Assembly: GCA_963823665.1 (NCBI GenBank)
Contig: CAWGMQ010000005.1
Coordinates: 1,903,748 to 1,967,747, forward strand
Length of the DNA: 64,000 nucleotides
Origin: an uncultured Planctomycetota bacterium
Lineage (GTDB): Bacteria > Planctomycetota > Planctomycetia > Isosphaerales > Isosphaeraceae
Reading direction: 5' to 3'
Positions 1 through 11,442 of this stretch are shown here, one piece after another (position 1 is the first letter of the stretch; the number at the start of each line of letters is the position of its first letter). A program made the position numbers and the translations under genes. The notes under the pieces were generated by a model that was not told where the DNA came from, did not search any database, and worked only from the letters and a program-made list of their open reading frames with translations.

Positions 1-946
1 TGCCGCCGTCAAAGGCGATTCCATCCAGGTCGATGGGCCGGCCCAGCGGCAGTCTGGCATCGGAGTCGGGCGTGGTGATGAACGATCGAACGTTCATGCG
101 ATGAATGGGAACGACCTGCTGGGCGAGCTGGTCTGGAGTTTCCACTCCGTTGGGTGTTGGCGGGATCTTGTAAGCCTTGGCCATCCAGTAACCATCGTAT
201 GGCTGCGCCAGGACGGTGATTTTGTGGAGCATTTTGACCCAATAGGTGGCATACCATCCGGGGACAACCAGGCGGGCTGGGAAACCATTCAAGCGTGGCA
301 GGGGCTCGCCGTTCGCCGAGTGGGCCACGATGACTTCAGGCTGAAGTGCGCGATCGATATCGAGTGCCTTGACAAAATCGGGCACCGAGGCGAGTGGGCC
401 CTGGTCGAGCCCATCGAACGTTACCTGGGCGGCGTCTTTTCGGAGGCCGGCCGCGCGGAGCACTTTTCCAAGCGAGACTCCGGCCCAGCGAGCGTTGCCC
501 ATGGCTCCGTTCCGCCATTGCGCACCGGGGACTCTGGGAGTGAAGAGACTGCGCGAGTTTCCGGAGCACTGATTGACGGCCACGACTTCGTCGTTGCCGA
601 GCTTGCGAAGATCGTCCATGGACAATTCAAGCGGCCGGTCAACGGCGCCGTCGACGCGGAGCCGCCACGTTTTGATATCCACGTCGAGTGGCAGCGCCTG
701 GAGGTGCCAGCGAACGTAGAATGCTTCCATCGGCGTCAGGTCGTGACGGAAATAGCGCCAGGGTGTCTCCAGACATGGCGGCCGGTCGTTCACGAGGCGC
801 ATGGCTGTCTTGCCGGGGAATCGCGCAAGTGGACCGTCGGTGTCGGTTGCAGGGGGATTTTCCCGGGTGCGCTGGCAGCCGATGGGCAGGAGCCCCGTTC
901 CGGCCATGGCGGCGAGCCGCAACCATTCGCGGCGGGGTATTTGCAT
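1..946 (-). CDS. Sulfite oxidase family molybdopterin oxidoreductase (SorA-like), Tat-exported, possibly lipoprotein; 3' end runs off the window
   Basis: Manual translation of minus strand from ATG at 946: MQIPRREWLRLAAMAGTGLLPIGC...DRPPCLETP...AFYVRWH...WRLRVDGAVDRPLELSMDDL...VNQCSGNSR...GAQWRNGAMGNARWAGV. Contains Mo-ligating Cys motif, twin-Arg and AGGA RBS. Absent from the ORF track because there is no stop in the window. Confidence 0.9.
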   Translation of the reverse strand, partial: MQIPRREWLRLAAMAGTGLLPIGCQRTRENPPATDTDGPLARFPGKTAMRLVNDRPPCLETPWRYFRHDLTPMEAFYVRWHLQALPLDVDIKTWRLRVDGAVDRPLELSMDDLRKLGNDEVVAVNQCSGNSRSLFTPRVPGAQWRNGAMGNARWAGVSLGKVLRAAGLRKDAAQVTFDGLDQGPLASVPDFVKALDIDRALQPEVIVAHSANGEPLPRLNGFPARLVVPGWYATYWVKMLHKITVLAQPYDGYWMAKAYKIPPTPNGVETPDQLAQQVVPIHRMNVRSFITTPDSDARLPLGRPIDLDGIAFDGG

Positions 947-1000
947 ACAATGAGGTTCCTCTGAGCTCCGCGCCGGCACGGCCGAGAACAGTGTGGCTGT

Positions 1001-1025
1001 AGATCCGGTTACTGTAAACTGATCT
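1001..1025. promoter_or_regulatory. Imperfect 25-bp palindrome, candidate operator in divergent intergenic region
   Basis: AGATCCGGTTACTGTAAACTGATCT, 10 of 12 positions pair. Confidence 0.35.
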
Positions 1026-1105
1026 GGTGAACGAACGCGAATGAAAAAGCAAATGTCCACGACCAACAGGGCTGTGGTTCTCGTGCTTGCTGTGTGGGAG
1101 GACTC

Positions 1106-2860
<1,755 letters not shown>

Positions 2861-2874
2861 TAGGAGATCTGTCG

Positions 2875-4536
2875 ATGACCGGGCTCGAACGACCGCAGAC
2901 GGGCGCGCAGCTTCTGGTTCGATGTCTTGAGAGTCAGGGGGTTCCGTTCATCTTCGGCATCCCGGGCGGGGCCATCTCGCCGATTCTGGAGGCGCTCGCC
3001 GATGGCGGGCCGCGGTTCATCACGGTACGGCACGAAACTGCCGGGGCGTTCATGGCACAGGCGTACGGACGCTGCACGGGGAGGCCGGGGGTCGTGCTGA
3101 CGACGTCGGGGCCGGGGCTGATCAACGCAGTCTGCGGCGTTGCCACGGCCCAGGCCGACCGTGACCCGGTCGTGGCGATCACGGGGCAAGTTCCACGCGG
3201 GATGCGGTTCAAGTCGTATCACCAGTATCTCGACACGGTCGGCCTGTTTGCCCCGATCACCAAATGGAGCGTCGGGGTCGAGGAGCCGGATACCATTCCG
3301 GAGGTGCTGGCCAACGCATTTCGACTCGCTGCCAGGCCGCGCCCAGGGGCCGTCCACGTCAGCGTTCCGTCTGACGTGTCTCGCGCAGCCACCAAGGGCG
3401 AGCCCTTGTCGCTGTTTGAGCCTGCGTCGGGCGGCCTGCCCGCGGATGAAGACCTCGAACGTGCTGCTCTGCTTCTGCGGTCGGCTCGTCAGCCAGTGCT
3501 GCTGCTCGGCGTGGGAGCGGGCGAGGCTGGGGCGACGGCGGCCATCCGACGGCTGCTAGGGCAGGCTGCACTGCCGGTGGCTTGCACCTTCGAGGGCAAC
3601 GGTGTCGTCTCGCGCGACCTGGTCAATTGGTTCGCCGGCCGCGTTGGTTACACGCACAACCAGCCCGCCGACCGGCTGTTGCAGCAGGCGGATGTCGTCG
3701 CGTGCGTCGGCTATGACCTGATCGAGTACGACCCAACGGAGTGGCTGGGGCCGGCGACATCGGTTATTCACCTGGATGAGATCCCCGCGACGATCGACCG
3801 TGCGTACCGGCCGGCGGTCGAGCTGGTCGGTGACCTTGGCCGCACGATCGATGCCCTTACAAAACGGCTGGGGCAAATCACGGCTATCGAGACTGATTCG
3901 CTCCGCGAGGCGCGGCAAGAACTCGCTGTTGATCGGTCGCGGGGGGCGGGTCTGGGCGGCTGCCCCGTCCATCCGCTGCGGATTTTGCATGATCTGGGGC
4001 AGGTTGTTGCCGACGACGTGACGGTTACCTGCGACGTCAGGGCGCACCAGATCTGGACGGCGCGATACTTTTTCCGGTATTCCCCGCGAACGCTCTTCTT
4101 CAGCATGGGGCACCAGACGATGGGCGTCGGCCTGCCCTGGGCAATCGGGGCGGCTCTGGCGCGCCCGGGCAAGCCGGCTGTTTCCATTTCCGGCGACGGC
4201 TCCTTCTTGATGACCTGCATGGAGCTGGAAACCGCCGTGCGGCTGAAGCTGCCGACTGTGCACCTCGTCTGGCGTGATGGTAGTTATAACCTCGTCGGTT
4301 TGCTCGCCCTGAGGGAATACGGGCGTGAGGTGGGGACGCACTTCGGGCCGACTGATTTCGTGGCGCTGGCCCAATCATTCGGTGCCGCAGGATTCCGCGT
4401 GAACGACGCGGATGAGCTGCGGCCAGCACTGGAGCGGGCGCTCGCTCTGGGGTCACCGGCCGTTATCGAGATCCCGGTTGATTACCGCGACAACTTGCCC
4501 CTGGTTCAGCCGATGAAGCTGCGGGCGGTCGACTGA
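2875..4536 (+). CDS. alsS: Acetolactate synthase, catabolic (AlsS/BudB-type), ThDP-dependent
   Basis: FGIPG, RHETAGAFMA, TSGPG, QTMGVGLPWAIGA, SGDGSF...N ThDP motif; adjacent to acetolactate decarboxylase; AGGAG RBS. Confidence 0.88.
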   Translation: MTGLERPQTGAQLLVRCLESQGVPFIFGIPGGAISPILEALADGGPRFITVRHETAGAFMAQAYGRCTGRPGVVLTTSGPGLINAVCGVATAQADRDPVVAITGQVPRGMRFKSYHQYLDTVGLFAPITKWSVGVEEPDTIPEVLANAFRLAARPRPGAVHVSVPSDVSRAATKGEPLSLFEPASGGLPADEDLERAALLLRSARQPVLLLGVGAGEAGATAAIRRLLGQAALPVACTFEGNGVVSRDLVNWFAGRVGYTHNQPADRLLQQADVVACVGYDLIEYDPTEWLGPATSVIHLDEIPATIDRAYRPAVELVGDLGRTIDALTKRLGQITAIETDSLREARQELAVDRSRGAGLGGCPVHPLRILHDLGQVVADDVTVTCDVRAHQIWTARYFFRYSPRTLFFSMGHQTMGVGLPWAIGAALARPGKPAVSISGDGSFLMTCMELETAVRLKLPTVHLVWRDGSYNLVGLLALREYGREVGTHFGPTDFVALAQSFGAAGFRVNDADELRPALERALALGSPAVIEIPVDYRDNLPLVQPMKLRAVD

Positions 4537-4567
4537 GCCACGACCTGAGTTTCACGAGGTCAGCATC

Positions 4568-5368
4568 ATGCCGAGCGAGATCTCTTCCATCCATGCTCTC
4601 CATGCCTTGCGCTCCCACCGTCATCGCTCGGCGAGCTCTGACGTGCCGGATGCAGGCGCACTACACGAGGTCTTTCAGAACTCGACAATCAACGCGCTCC
4701 TCGAAGGCGTGTACGACGGGTCGATGACCTACGGCGAGCTGCGCCGGCACGGGGACTTCGGGCTCGGCACATTTAACGCCTTGGACGGCGAGATGATGGC
4801 GGTGGACGGGGATTTCTACCAGATCAAAGCCGACGGCGTTGTTTCCCTCGTCGCAGATGACCAGCGGACGCCGTTCGCCACTGTTCTGTTCTTCCGGCCC
4901 ACAATCAGGCAATCGCTTAATGGTCCGCTTGACTATGAGCATTTGCAGACCCGTTTGGACAGCATGATGGAAGGGCCGAACTTATTCTATGCGGTGCGGA
5001 TCGACGGCGAGTTTGCGTCGGTGAAGACGCGGAGTATGCCCCGGCAGGCGAAGCCGTATCCACCACTTGTGGAAGTGGCGAAGACGCAACCGGAGTTTCA
5101 TCTGAAGGACGTGCGCGGCACGCTGGCGGGGTTCCGATTTCCGGACTTTGCCCGTGGCCTGAACGTGCCGGGGTTCCATCTCCACTTCTTGACGGAGGAC
5201 CGACGGGCTGGAGGGCACGTGCTCGATCTCGCGCTTACGCGCGGCGAAGTGGCGATTGATGCCACGGCACGCTTCCACCTGGAGCTGCCGACTGACTCGG
5301 CGTTTCTGCACGCCGCCCTGGGGCAGGATCACGGTGATGAGCTGGACCGGGCTGAACGGGGGAAGTGA
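4568..5368 (+). CDS. budA: Alpha-acetolactate decarboxylase
   Basis: Q.STINALLEGVYDG, HGDFGLGTFNALDGEM, PGFHLHFL...GGHVLD Zn-binding motifs. Confidence 0.95.
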   Translation: MPSEISSIHALHALRSHRHRSASSDVPDAGALHEVFQNSTINALLEGVYDGSMTYGELRRHGDFGLGTFNALDGEMMAVDGDFYQIKADGVVSLVADDQRTPFATVLFFRPTIRQSLNGPLDYEHLQTRLDSMMEGPNLFYAVRIDGEFASVKTRSMPRQAKPYPPLVEVAKTQPEFHLKDVRGTLAGFRFPDFARGLNVPGFHLHFLTEDRRAGGHVLDLALTRGEVAIDATARFHLELPTDSAFLHAALGQDHGDELDRAERGK

Positions 5369-5396
5369 ATCGGTTTCATGACGAGAGGGAGATGCC

Positions 5397-6530
5397 GTGG
5401 GCGACGTGATCCATTTTTACAGCGTACACGCTGAATACGGCTGCTTCTCGAACTTCTCGCGTCACCCGGTTCGGCTGAAGGGCAAGGTCTGGCCGACCAG
5501 TGAGCATTACTTCCAGGCGCAGAAGTTTGCCGGGATTCCTGACGAGGAAGAAGTTCGATTGGCGAAATCGCCCACGATCGCCGCACGGATGGGCCGCAGT
5601 CGCAAGCGGCCATTGCGCAAAGACTGGGAAGCCATGAAGGATTCGATCATGCACGAGGTAGTGCTCGCGAAGTTCACGCAGCATGCTGACCTGCGGGCGA
5701 TCCTGCTCGGAACCGGCGACTCGACGATTGTCGAGCACACCGAGAACGACCGCTACTGGGGCGATGGTGGTGACGGCAGCGGCAACAACCGGCTTGGTCA
5801 GATCCTCATGCGGGTGAGGGCCGAATTGCGGTCGATTCCCGCCACCGGTAAGCAAGTTGCTGGAAAACACCTGACGAACAGCTTCGCCGAGTGGCTGAAA
5901 ACCACGTTCGCAACGCTCGTACGCCCGCTCATGCCGGATGACGGTGAACCGGAGACGGGTATTTCTGCCGTGGAGGCCCGGCTCAAATTGCGGCTGCCAG
6001 CCGTGCTACGGGAATATTACCTGCTGGCGGGAAGATTTGATCGATTCAACCGGGCACACAACGAACTCCGCCGGCCAGGGGACTGGACCGTGGAAGGCGG
6101 CAAGCTCGTGTTCCTCGAAGAGAACCAGTGTGTGGTTTTCTGGGGCGTGGAGGCGAGCACTCTGCCTGAAGACGACCCGCCCGTCCACCAGGCGGAGAAC
6201 ATTCGGGGGCGACCGGCCGAATGGTTTCTGGAGCACGAACGGTGCTCCGAGTTCTTGATCGTCATGCTTCACTTGCAGGCTGTCTGGGGAGGCTATGAAT
6301 TCCTCGGTGGTTCGGAAGTGAAGCAGGAAGCGGTGACGAAGTTCCTGAACGGGTGGACTGCGGCCGGGACCGTCAATCAGCTTTCGGCATTCAACCGGGA
6401 GGGTGCGGCGGCGTGCATAATTCAAGACAAGAACTCGTTGCAGTTGTACGTCGGAGGGCGGACTGAACGCGAATTCGAGTTCATCAGGGCAGCACTTGAG
6501 GAGGTAGGCGTCGAGCTCGAGCACTGTTGA
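5397..6530 (+). CDS. NADAR (YbiA-like) domain fused to SMI1/KNR4 (SUKH)-like domain
   Basis: N-term FSNF...WPTSEHYFQAQKF...KFTQH..L...LL.TG...DRYWGDGGDGSGNNRLGQILM (NADAR); C-term ISAVEARLKLRLPAVLREYY...LVFLEENQCVVFWG (SUKH-like). Confidence 0.8.
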   Translation: MGDVIHFYSVHAEYGCFSNFSRHPVRLKGKVWPTSEHYFQAQKFAGIPDEEEVRLAKSPTIAARMGRSRKRPLRKDWEAMKDSIMHEVVLAKFTQHADLRAILLGTGDSTIVEHTENDRYWGDGGDGSGNNRLGQILMRVRAELRSIPATGKQVAGKHLTNSFAEWLKTTFATLVRPLMPDDGEPETGISAVEARLKLRLPAVLREYYLLAGRFDRFNRAHNELRRPGDWTVEGGKLVFLEENQCVVFWGVEASTLPEDDPPVHQAENIRGRPAEWFLEHERCSEFLIVMLHLQAVWGGYEFLGGSEVKQEAVTKFLNGWTAAGTVNQLSAFNREGAAACIIQDKNSLQLYVGGRTEREFEFIRAALEEVGVELEHC

Positions 6531-6542
6531 GACTGCAAAGGG

Positions 6543-6575
6543 CAAGCCCCCGGCGACTGAGCCACCGGGGGCTTG
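6543..6575. terminator. GC-rich hairpin between convergent genes
   Basis: CAAGCCCCCGG-N11-CCGGGGGCTTG perfect 11-bp stem. Confidence 0.6.
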
Positions 6576-6580
6576 TTGCG

Positions 6581-6893
6581 TCAATCGATCACTGCAGTCA
6601 CGACACCCGAGCCGACCGTCTTGCCACCCTCGCGGATCACAATCCGGCTGCCAGTCTCCAGGGCGATCGGCTTGTCCAGGCTCACGTCCAGCGACGTGTG
6701 GTCGCCGGGCATCACCATCTCGACCCCCTCGGGCAGCGTCAATTCGCCGGTCACGCTTGTCGTGCGGAAGCAGAACTGCGGCTTGTAGCCACTAAAGAAG
6801 GGCGTATGCCGACCGCCTTCGTCCTTGCCGAGCACGTAGACCTCACCACGGAATCGAGTTGGGGGGCCACGAGGCCCAGGGGCGAGGCCATAA
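6581..6893 (-). pseudogene. tuf: EF-Tu remnant (domain III only)
   Basis: [38 protein letters not shown]...VMPGD...[13 protein letters not shown]; in-frame stop just upstream, no GTPase domain. Confidence 0.85.
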
Positions 6894-7168
6894 CCACGGC
6901 GTCACCGTCCTTTCACGGTGACCGCCCTCCGAAATTGGATGACCTGGGCTAGATTCGTCGTTCGTCGAGGAAACCTTTTGATGCTGGGCAATTCCGCGCC
7001 GGCGCCTGAGGAACTACCTCGAGACGAATCACGAAATCGGACACCTGGCTGCACGAGGGGGTTCGGAGGGCGAACTTGACGGTGCGGGACGGCGTCAGGG
7101 TGGCAGCGGATTGCTGCGCGATCGTCGGCCGGGAGTTTCCGAATCTCTTCCATGGCATGAGGCGGAAC

Positions 7169-7600
7169 ATGACGGACGCTGATATCGGTTCGCTCATTCG
7201 AGCCTTTGAGGACGGCTCTCTATCGAAATCAGAATGGACACACTCCAGGCACCTGGTCATGGCCCTCTGGTACTTGACGCGTCATGACAGGGATGAGGCA
7301 ATCGGGCTGATCCGCGAGGGTATTCAGCGGTATAACGCGCGGCAGGGGAATCACACCGGTTATCATGAAACAATCACCCTGGCCTGGGTTGCCGTGGTCG
7401 AGCGGTTCCTGGGCGCGAGAGACCTGAACGTGCCGGAGTCAGTGCTGGCCGAGGAGTTGTTGCGGCAATGCGGCGACAAGGATTACCTGCTGCGGTTTTA
7501 CTCGAGGGAGCGGCTTTTCAGCGAAGAGGCACGGCACGGATGGGTGTCGCCCGACCTGGGTGAAAGCTGCGTGAGAAGGCCCGTGTGGTCACGATGTTGA
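7169..7600 (+). CDS. Conserved hypothetical protein
   Basis: WTHSRHL..ALWYL...GYHETITLAW...LLRFYSRERLFSEEAR..WV.PDL pattern typical of a widespread uncharacterised family; C-terminus may be altered. Confidence 0.65.
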   Translation: MTDADIGSLIRAFEDGSLSKSEWTHSRHLVMALWYLTRHDRDEAIGLIREGIQRYNARQGNHTGYHETITLAWVAVVERFLGARDLNVPESVLAEELLRQCGDKDYLLRFYSRERLFSEEARHGWVSPDLGESCVRRPVWSRC

Positions 7601-7893
7601 CCTCTGTTTGCACCGGAGCGCTACTGCTGGGCCGAGCGGGTCTGCTGGACGGCAAACGTGCGACGACGCATTGGCGGGCCGTGAATGAGATGCGGGGGTT
7701 GTTTCCGACCGTCAATGTGATTGACGATCAACACGTTGTCGAAGAAGGCGACGTGATCACGTCGGCAGGGATCTCGGCGGGCATCGATATGGCGCTCCGG
7801 GTAGTCGCCAGACATCATGGCGATGTGATTGCTCGGGCAACTGCCAGGTACATGGAGTATCCGTTCCCCGAGGACAATCGGAGGAGAGTTTGA
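7585..7893 (+). pseudogene. DJ-1/PfpI family protein, C-terminal half only
   Basis: SVCTGALLLGRAGLLDGKRATTHW...VITSAGISAGIDMAL; N-terminal half absent. Confidence 0.75.
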
Positions 7894-7924
7894 GATGGGT
7901 CGGCGGGGAGCGGGGGCTCAATGC

Positions 7925-7946
7925 GTCAGGCTAAAGCCTGACCTAC
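7925..7946 (-). repeat. GTAG-type REP-like palindrome
   Basis: Minus strand GTAG-GTCAGGCTTTAGCCTGAC. Confidence 0.6.
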
Positions 7947-8011
7947 TCAATTCTGTATAATCGACCTTGAGTAGTGAGCTGTGCTTCTGGAACATCCAGT
8001 AAGGAGACGCC

Positions 8012-9022
8012 ATGCCTTCCCAAGGTCCATCTCCCGCGTTGTTTTTCGACACGATCAGCGCCTATCACCGTACCGAGGCTCTGCGCGCGGCTATCGAGCT
8101 CGATTTGTTTTCGCTGGTGGCCGCAGGGCGTCACACGGCAGGCGAGCTAGCCGAGGCGTGCCAGGCCGCGCCGCGAGGCGTTCGCATACTGGCAGACCAT
8201 CTCGCTATTCTCGGCTTTCTCACCAAGCACGCTGACCGCTATGAACTCACGGACGACACCAAGGTATTTCTCGATCGCAAGTCGCCGGCCTATCTGGGCG
8301 GTGCGGTCAGCTTCATGCTCGCGCCCGGAATGAGGGAGTGCTTTCAGCATTTGACGGCGGCCGTGAAGCGAGGCGGGACGGCCGTTTCGGACGAGGGAAC
8401 GGTCTCGCACGACAACCCGATCTGGGTTGAGTTCGCTCGCGCCATGGCACCGCTGATGCGGATGCCGGCCCAGTTGCTCGCGGGCCTGGTTGGCGGAGAT
8501 GCTTCGCAACCGCTGCGCGTGCTCGATGTTGCCGCGGGGCACGGGTTGTTTGGGATCACGATCGCGGAGCGCTATCGGCAAGCTAAAGTCACTGCGCTCG
8601 ATTGGGCGAACGTGCTGGCGGTTGCGGAGGAGAATGCTCGCCGCGCGGGTGTTGCCGAGCGGTATGCGTTGCTTCCGGGTAGTGCGTTCGAGGTTGATTG
8701 GGGCGGCCCGTACGACGTCGTGCTGCTGACGAACTTTCTGCATCACTTTGACGTGCCGACCTGCGAGCAATTGGCGGCCAGAGCGTATGCAGCTCTCGGG
8801 CCGGGTGGCCGGGCCCTTACGTTGGATTTCATTCCCGAACCCGATCGCATCACGCCGGCAGCGACGGCCACTTTCGCACTCGTGATGCTGGCGACGACGG
8901 CTCACGGGGATGCTTATACGTTTGCGGAATATCAGGGAATTTTTGCGCGGGCTGGGTTCGGCCGCATTGAGTTCCATGCCCTGCCGCCGACAACGCAGCA
9001 GGCGGTGGTGTCGTACAAATAA
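8012..9022 (+). CDS. SAM-dependent O-methyltransferase (dimerisation + methyltransferase domains)
   Basis: LRAAIELDLF, VLDVAAGHG SAM motif, NFLHHF; AAGGAG RBS. Confidence 0.9.
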   Translation: MPSQGPSPALFFDTISAYHRTEALRAAIELDLFSLVAAGRHTAGELAEACQAAPRGVRILADHLAILGFLTKHADRYELTDDTKVFLDRKSPAYLGGAVSFMLAPGMRECFQHLTAAVKRGGTAVSDEGTVSHDNPIWVEFARAMAPLMRMPAQLLAGLVGGDASQPLRVLDVAAGHGLFGITIAERYRQAKVTALDWANVLAVAEENARRAGVAERYALLPGSAFEVDWGGPYDVVLLTNFLHHFDVPTCEQLAARAYAALGPGGRALTLDFIPEPDRITPAATATFALVMLATTAHGDAYTFAEYQGIFARAGFGRIEFHALPPTTQQAVVSYK

Positions 9023-9033
9023 GAAGTGACCCT

Positions 9034-9393
9034 TCAAACAATTCGAAGCAGACGACAGGTGTCTTCGTAACTGGCTTCGAGATCCAAAGGGATGGAGAGC
9101 TTTTCCGTCAGCCAGAGAGGCAGGGTTGGCAGTGGTCTGCCAAGTTTCAAGGGTTTCCGCCAGAAGTCGAAGACGGTTTTTGTTTCCGTTCGCCGCGTCC
9201 GGCAGCAGGCTGCATCAAACGTGCCGATATCGACTTCGAAATAACTTCCCAGGTGGACCCGGGGGGCGGCCTGGTATCCTTCTGGCAGCACCGGCGCCAG
9301 CTTTTGAATGATCATCATGGGCCAGCCGCCGTGGACCTCTTCCCAGGAGTGCCGCTTGCTCACGGGAGGTCGAAAATGAACGCGAAATGGCAT
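9034..9393 (-). pseudogene. DUF4058-family remnant with internal deletion
   Basis: N-term HFRPPVSKRHSWEEVHGGWP joined to C-term GRPLPTLPLWL...LDLEASYEDTC; central nuclease-like core absent. Confidence 0.7.
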
Positions 9394-9401
9394 CGAGGGC
9401 C

Positions 9402-9444
9402 CCCAGGCGTTGCCCTGGGCTAACTTGTTGCGCCCCTTCGGGGC
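9402..9444. repeat. Bipartite REP-like element
   Basis: CCCAGGCGTTGCCCTGGGC...GCCCCTTCGGGGC twin hairpins. Confidence 0.5.
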
Positions 9445-9682
9445 CGGGAGTCAGGGATTCGGCGAGCGCCTCATGAGAGTAGACCAGAATCGGTTAGCCG
9501 ATTCCAGCCAGTTACACGCGCGAGAGAACCGGATCACCCACAATCTACTCGACTTACGAAAAATCGGAATTTTCTTGTGTGCGCGTCGATCCGCGGAATT
9601 ATCATTCGACTGAGAAGTGGTGTGAGACGAACGGTCTCAACGGACGTATCAACGCGATGTCTCTCTTTGAGGGCAAACAAAA

Positions 9683-10222
9683 ATGGTGCGGCGATCCTTC
9701 GTAGTGTGCGGGCTGATGCTTACCCTTTCGCTCGCGGGCTTTGGAGCCGATAAGCCCGAGGGCAAGCTGCCGGCGCCGCGTACTAACGCGGGCCTGGAGA
9801 AGGTGAAAAAGTTGGCAGGGACGTGGCTGAATACGGACAAGGATGGGAAGGCGACCGACGAGGTTGCGTCGATCTTCAAGGTGACGGCGGGCGGGAGCGC
9901 GGTGCACGAGACAATCGCCCCTGGCCAGGCTCACGAAATGGTCTCGGTCTACACCGTCGACGGGCCCGACTTGATCATGACGCATTATTGCGTGCTGGGG
10001 AACCAGCCTCGGCTGAAGGCCGACTCGAATTCCTCGGAAGGCCAGATTGCGTTCCAGTTCGCCGGTGGCACGAACCTCGATCCGAAGAAAGACAAACACA
10101 TGCACGACCTGACCCTCATCTTCGTGGACGACGACCACATCGAGGTGAAGGGCACCGGCTGGGAAAACGGCGCGCCGTCAAAGGATATGTGCTGTGGGCT
10201 CAAGCTGGTTCGGAAGAAATAG
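9683..10222 (+). CDS. Secreted conserved hypothetical protein
   Basis: Signal peptide; EMVSVY...MTHYCVLGNQPRL...HMH motif. Confidence 0.75.
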   Translation: MVRRSFVVCGLMLTLSLAGFGADKPEGKLPAPRTNAGLEKVKKLAGTWLNTDKDGKATDEVASIFKVTAGGSAVHETIAPGQAHEMVSVYTVDGPDLIMTHYCVLGNQPRLKADSNSSEGQIAFQFAGGTNLDPKKDKHMHDLTLIFVDDDHIEVKGTGWENGAPSKDMCCGLKLVRKK

Positions 10223-10257
10223 AAAGGACACGTGCGCTCACGGCGGCGTGTTCTTCG

Positions 10258-10304
10258 AGCCGCTCGGCGTCGGGTACCCCCCGGATTCCGAGCGGCTTTA
10301 TTTC
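10258..10304 (+). terminator. Putative intrinsic terminator
   Basis: AGCCGCTCGG...CCGAGCGGCT stem followed by TTATTTC. Confidence 0.45.
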
Positions 10305-10440
10305 GTGCCGGACGGGATGCGCCTGGTGTCGCTTCTTTGACATCATCGGGCGGTCGTTGCCGCAGGATTGTAGTCGGCGACCGAGCTAGCTGGTGGCTGC
10401 CAGTTCGCAGCGCGTGGGATCTGCGTTCGGCCGGATCTAG

Positions 10441-10779
10441 CTAGCCCGTTCGATGAGCGCCACGGGACTTCACGACGCGCTTGGCGATCGTGCCGGGGGA
10501 ACTGTTTTGACCGAGCGGCTGCCAGGAGAATCGAAAAAGGGCTCGCCCGGTGGCGGGATCGGTTGCTTCGAGATCAATGACCTCGGTCAGAGAGACGCAG
10601 ACCGAATCCCCGCTCGGAACATAACAGGTATCTTCGCCAGCATCTGAATGAGCGTGGGCGAATACGATGGAATCGCCAGCGGCGAGTGTTTTGGCAGCAG
10701 GCATCGGAAGGACGGCATCGCAGACTCGCCCTCTCTCCACGTCCGATATCCTTTGTTCGCTAGCGGGGTAACTGTTCAC
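10441..10779 (-). CDS. Hypothetical protein
   Basis: 112-aa ORF with globular composition downstream of RRM gene; no motif recognised. Confidence 0.5.
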   Translation of the reverse strand: MNSYPASEQRISDVERGRVCDAVLPMPAAKTLAAGDSIVFAHAHSDAGEDTCYVPSGDSVCVSLTEVIDLEATDPATGRALFRFSWQPLGQNSSPGTIAKRVVKSRGAHRTG

Positions 10780-10841
10780 ATGAGGCTCCGACCAATAGAT
10801 GTTGGTTAGATCCGCTTGAAACCTGCCGAGATGGTGTACGA

Positions 10842-11135
10842 TCAGTTCTCTCGACCGTTACCGCCAGCCAAGCTGATCGTGCGAGCTACCCTTGGCTTGG
10901 CAACGCTAACCACCAGCCGCCGCCCGTCGTGCTCTTGGTCGTTGAGTCCCTGAATCGCAGCCTCGGCCTCTGCGTCGGTGTCCATCTCGACAAAACCGAA
11001 CCCCTTGCTACGCCCCATATCACGGTCCTGGATGACCTGGGCGCTCTGCACGGTGCCGAAGGGTACGAACCAATTCGCCAAATCGACATGCGTCACGGAA
11101 TAGGTCAAATTTCCGACATACAGCTTTTTCGCCAC
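10842..11135 (-). CDS. RNA-binding protein (RRM/RNP-1)
   Basis: KKLYVGNL (RNP2) and RSKGFGFVEM (RNP1); GTG start at 11135. Confidence 0.92.
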   Translation of the reverse strand: MAKKLYVGNLTYSVTHVDLANWFVPFGTVQSAQVIQDRDMGRSKGFGFVEMDTDAEAEAAIQGLNDQEHDGRRLVVSVAKPRVARTISLAGGNGREN

Positions 11136-11442
11136 GAGATGATCTTTCTGGCAAAGACTTTCGACCCGCTCGATTCTTTCTGGGCCGATGAGAAAGGGGC
11201 ACACAATGGAGCCCATGAGGCGGGAGAGACGAGAAGGGGAAGCAGAAAGCGATTCGATGAGAACCCAATATGCTAACTCAATCGTCAAACCAACCAATTG
11301 AAGTATAACTAATTTGAATACAGAAAGAAATGACAAAACTTGAAACCTTCTCGGCTTGACCGAATGGGACGTGCTGTTCTTGATTTTTCTGGTCGCCGAA
11401 TGGGATTCGATCAGCAGGACCATCCCGGCCCGCCCTTCAGGA

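Noticed and set aside
101..964. 287-aa plus-strand ORF
   Set aside because: Antisense shadow of the minus-strand sulfite oxidase family gene.
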